Source: Felis catus (lineage: Eukaryota). Taken from it: 64,000 nt of DNA. The stretch is from positions 178,500,001 to 178,564,000 of the forward strand of contig NC_058368.1 in assembly GCF_018350175.1 (NCBI RefSeq), given 5' to 3'. The notes under the pieces were generated by a model that made no database searches, was not told where the DNA came from, and saw only the letters and a list, made by a program, of their open reading frames with translations. This document shows positions 62,201 to 64,000 of the stretch, in pieces (position 1 is the stretch's first letter; each line of letters starts with the position of its first letter). A program made the position numbers and the translations under genes.

Positions 62201-64000
62201 CTACTTTTAATTTGGAACAAACTAGCCACTCCCCCGTGGTCCTGAAATTAATAGGATGTCTGTGCAGCAGTGCCAGGATAAGCAGCCTTGAACAAATTAT
62301 TCCTGCCTACTGTCAGGGTTATCTGGAAGAGAGGCCTGGTGGCCCTAAAGAGGAACAGCCTGGGCTGGCGGGGGGAGGCCCCACCTTCCTCTGCTATGGG
62401 ACTTAGGGAACCCCAGAGAGCGCATGGCCAGCCAAATGGGTGAGGGAGTGATGGGCATGGCGTACGGGGGCAAGGATGAGAAGACAGGCAGGCTTATTCC
62501 CCACACTGGCAGGGGCTGACTGTGACTGAAGGGGCAGGCATGGACCAGAACCCTCAGCAACTGAACTCTCTGCCTATGACAAGGCACAGCACTCAGAGGT
62601 TCCTGGAAGGAACCCGGGAGTAGAGCTGTCCTAACATGACCCAGTGCTGGCCTGTACTGCCAGGACAGGAGCTAGCTGTGACCTGGGATGGTGGGGACTC
62701 TCTCCTACCCCAACAAAGGGAAGTGCACACAAGCTGAGCTTCTCATGGGACAGGTGGTATCCTCCTTTTCACAGAGGGCTCTGTAACACCTCACAGGCCC
62801 CCAGGTTCCCAGGGTCAGGGCCGTTGCTTTCCCAGAGAATTCTAGTAAACGGTGAGTCTCTTAATTCCGGAGTGTCTAGTGCCTAAAACCCTGTGTATTT
62901 CCACACTGACATGACCACTCCTCACACTTGCATGTGAGGAGCGTGGTGGAGAGGGTCCCTCATGGACTTTGAGCCCATTCAACATGGGTGCCCTGGCCCC
63001 AGTGTAACTGCCTGAGAGGTGACAGTGATGCTGGAAGAGTGTGTATGTAGACGTCTTGCTGACCTTGGCCTGCAGAGTGTTCTCTTCTCCATAAAGCTTA
63101 TTTCTTAACCCAGGCCACGCCACATTAAGGAATTTGTCACAAGCCTTTGGAAGACGGGTGGCTTCCTTAAAAGGCCCCAGCTGGTATGACAGTCCTTGGC
63201 AAACCCCTCTACAAAATTGGTGGGAAGCTGGGGGCACTCTTTGCCAGTGATAGATCCCCTCTGGGGTGTCGTCTCCAGCTCCGTGGCATGGAGCACCTGG
63301 TCTTGGCCCCAGGGGGACCTGGGTTTCAACGCCAACTCTGCCACTTACTTCCAGCTAGGCCATCTGGCTTAATTAAAGGTCAATTTCCTTATGTGTTAAA
63401 ATAGTGATTGCAATACCTACTCCGAGGGTCAGGACTGGGGCAAGAAAAAAGAGGTGCCTAGGGCCCAAAGGTTAAGGAGGGACTCACCCTCAGCTCCCTG
63501 CAAGTTCAGGGTCACCACTTGCCCTGCCATCTGCATCATCCTCACTGAATTAGAAAACAACCTTGTGCTGTTGGTACTGTTATTATCTCCAATTAAAAGT
63601 GAGGAACCGTGGCTTAGGGAGGCTGTGTACCTCACCCAAGCTCACACAGCTGGTAGATGACAGAGCTGGGACTCAAGCTGGGCCTGCCTGAAGGCAGAGC
63701 CAAGTTCAAGGTTAGTTTCTTGAGGGGAAGAGGCAAGAGGAACAGTATGTCTCTGACAGGTCTGAAGCACAGAGAGAAACAACTGACTGAGTGGGAGAGG
63801 GGAGTCGGGGCTCCGGGGCATTGTCCTTGAGATAAATCATACAAGGTCAGCCCTCCCACCCCCTCCCCACCCTGCAGCCGTGCGGGTGGCCTGGACAACT
63901 AGAAGCTCTCCTGGATTGGATTCTTCCCTCCTGCTGGCTTTGGCTTCACCATCTGTGCCTGGGGTGACGGATGAGTTCCCAAAGTACAGAAGGAGATGGG

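Overview
Mammalian genomic DNA from a carnivore, almost certainly a felid, judged by many tRNA-derived CanSINE/SINEC_Fc elements and a carnivore-type L1. The only protein-coding gene I can support is KCNMB1 (BK/MaxiK channel beta-1 subunit) on the + strand. Its three coding exons (38080-38213, 39622-39793, 44699-44968) join with GT-AG sites into a 576-nt ORF of 191 aa, and a probable non-coding first exon ends at 35903. From known mammalian synteny the window probably lies inside the first intron of an antisense KCNIP1 transcript, but I found no KCNIP1 exon here. The rest is interspersed repeats (11 CanSINEs, a 3-kb 5'-truncated L1 inside a MaLR LTR, old L1M, L2, MIR, MLT and MER remnants) and microsatellites. 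I found no novel multi-gene system. The most interesting details are an L1 3' transduction, a chimeric SINE pair with a ~80-bp duplication, an L1-derived poly(A) signal downstream of KCNMB1, a G17 tract that sets the frame of a possible intron-retention isoform, and overlapping uORFs. Repeat subfamily names and boundaries were assigned by eye and are approximate.
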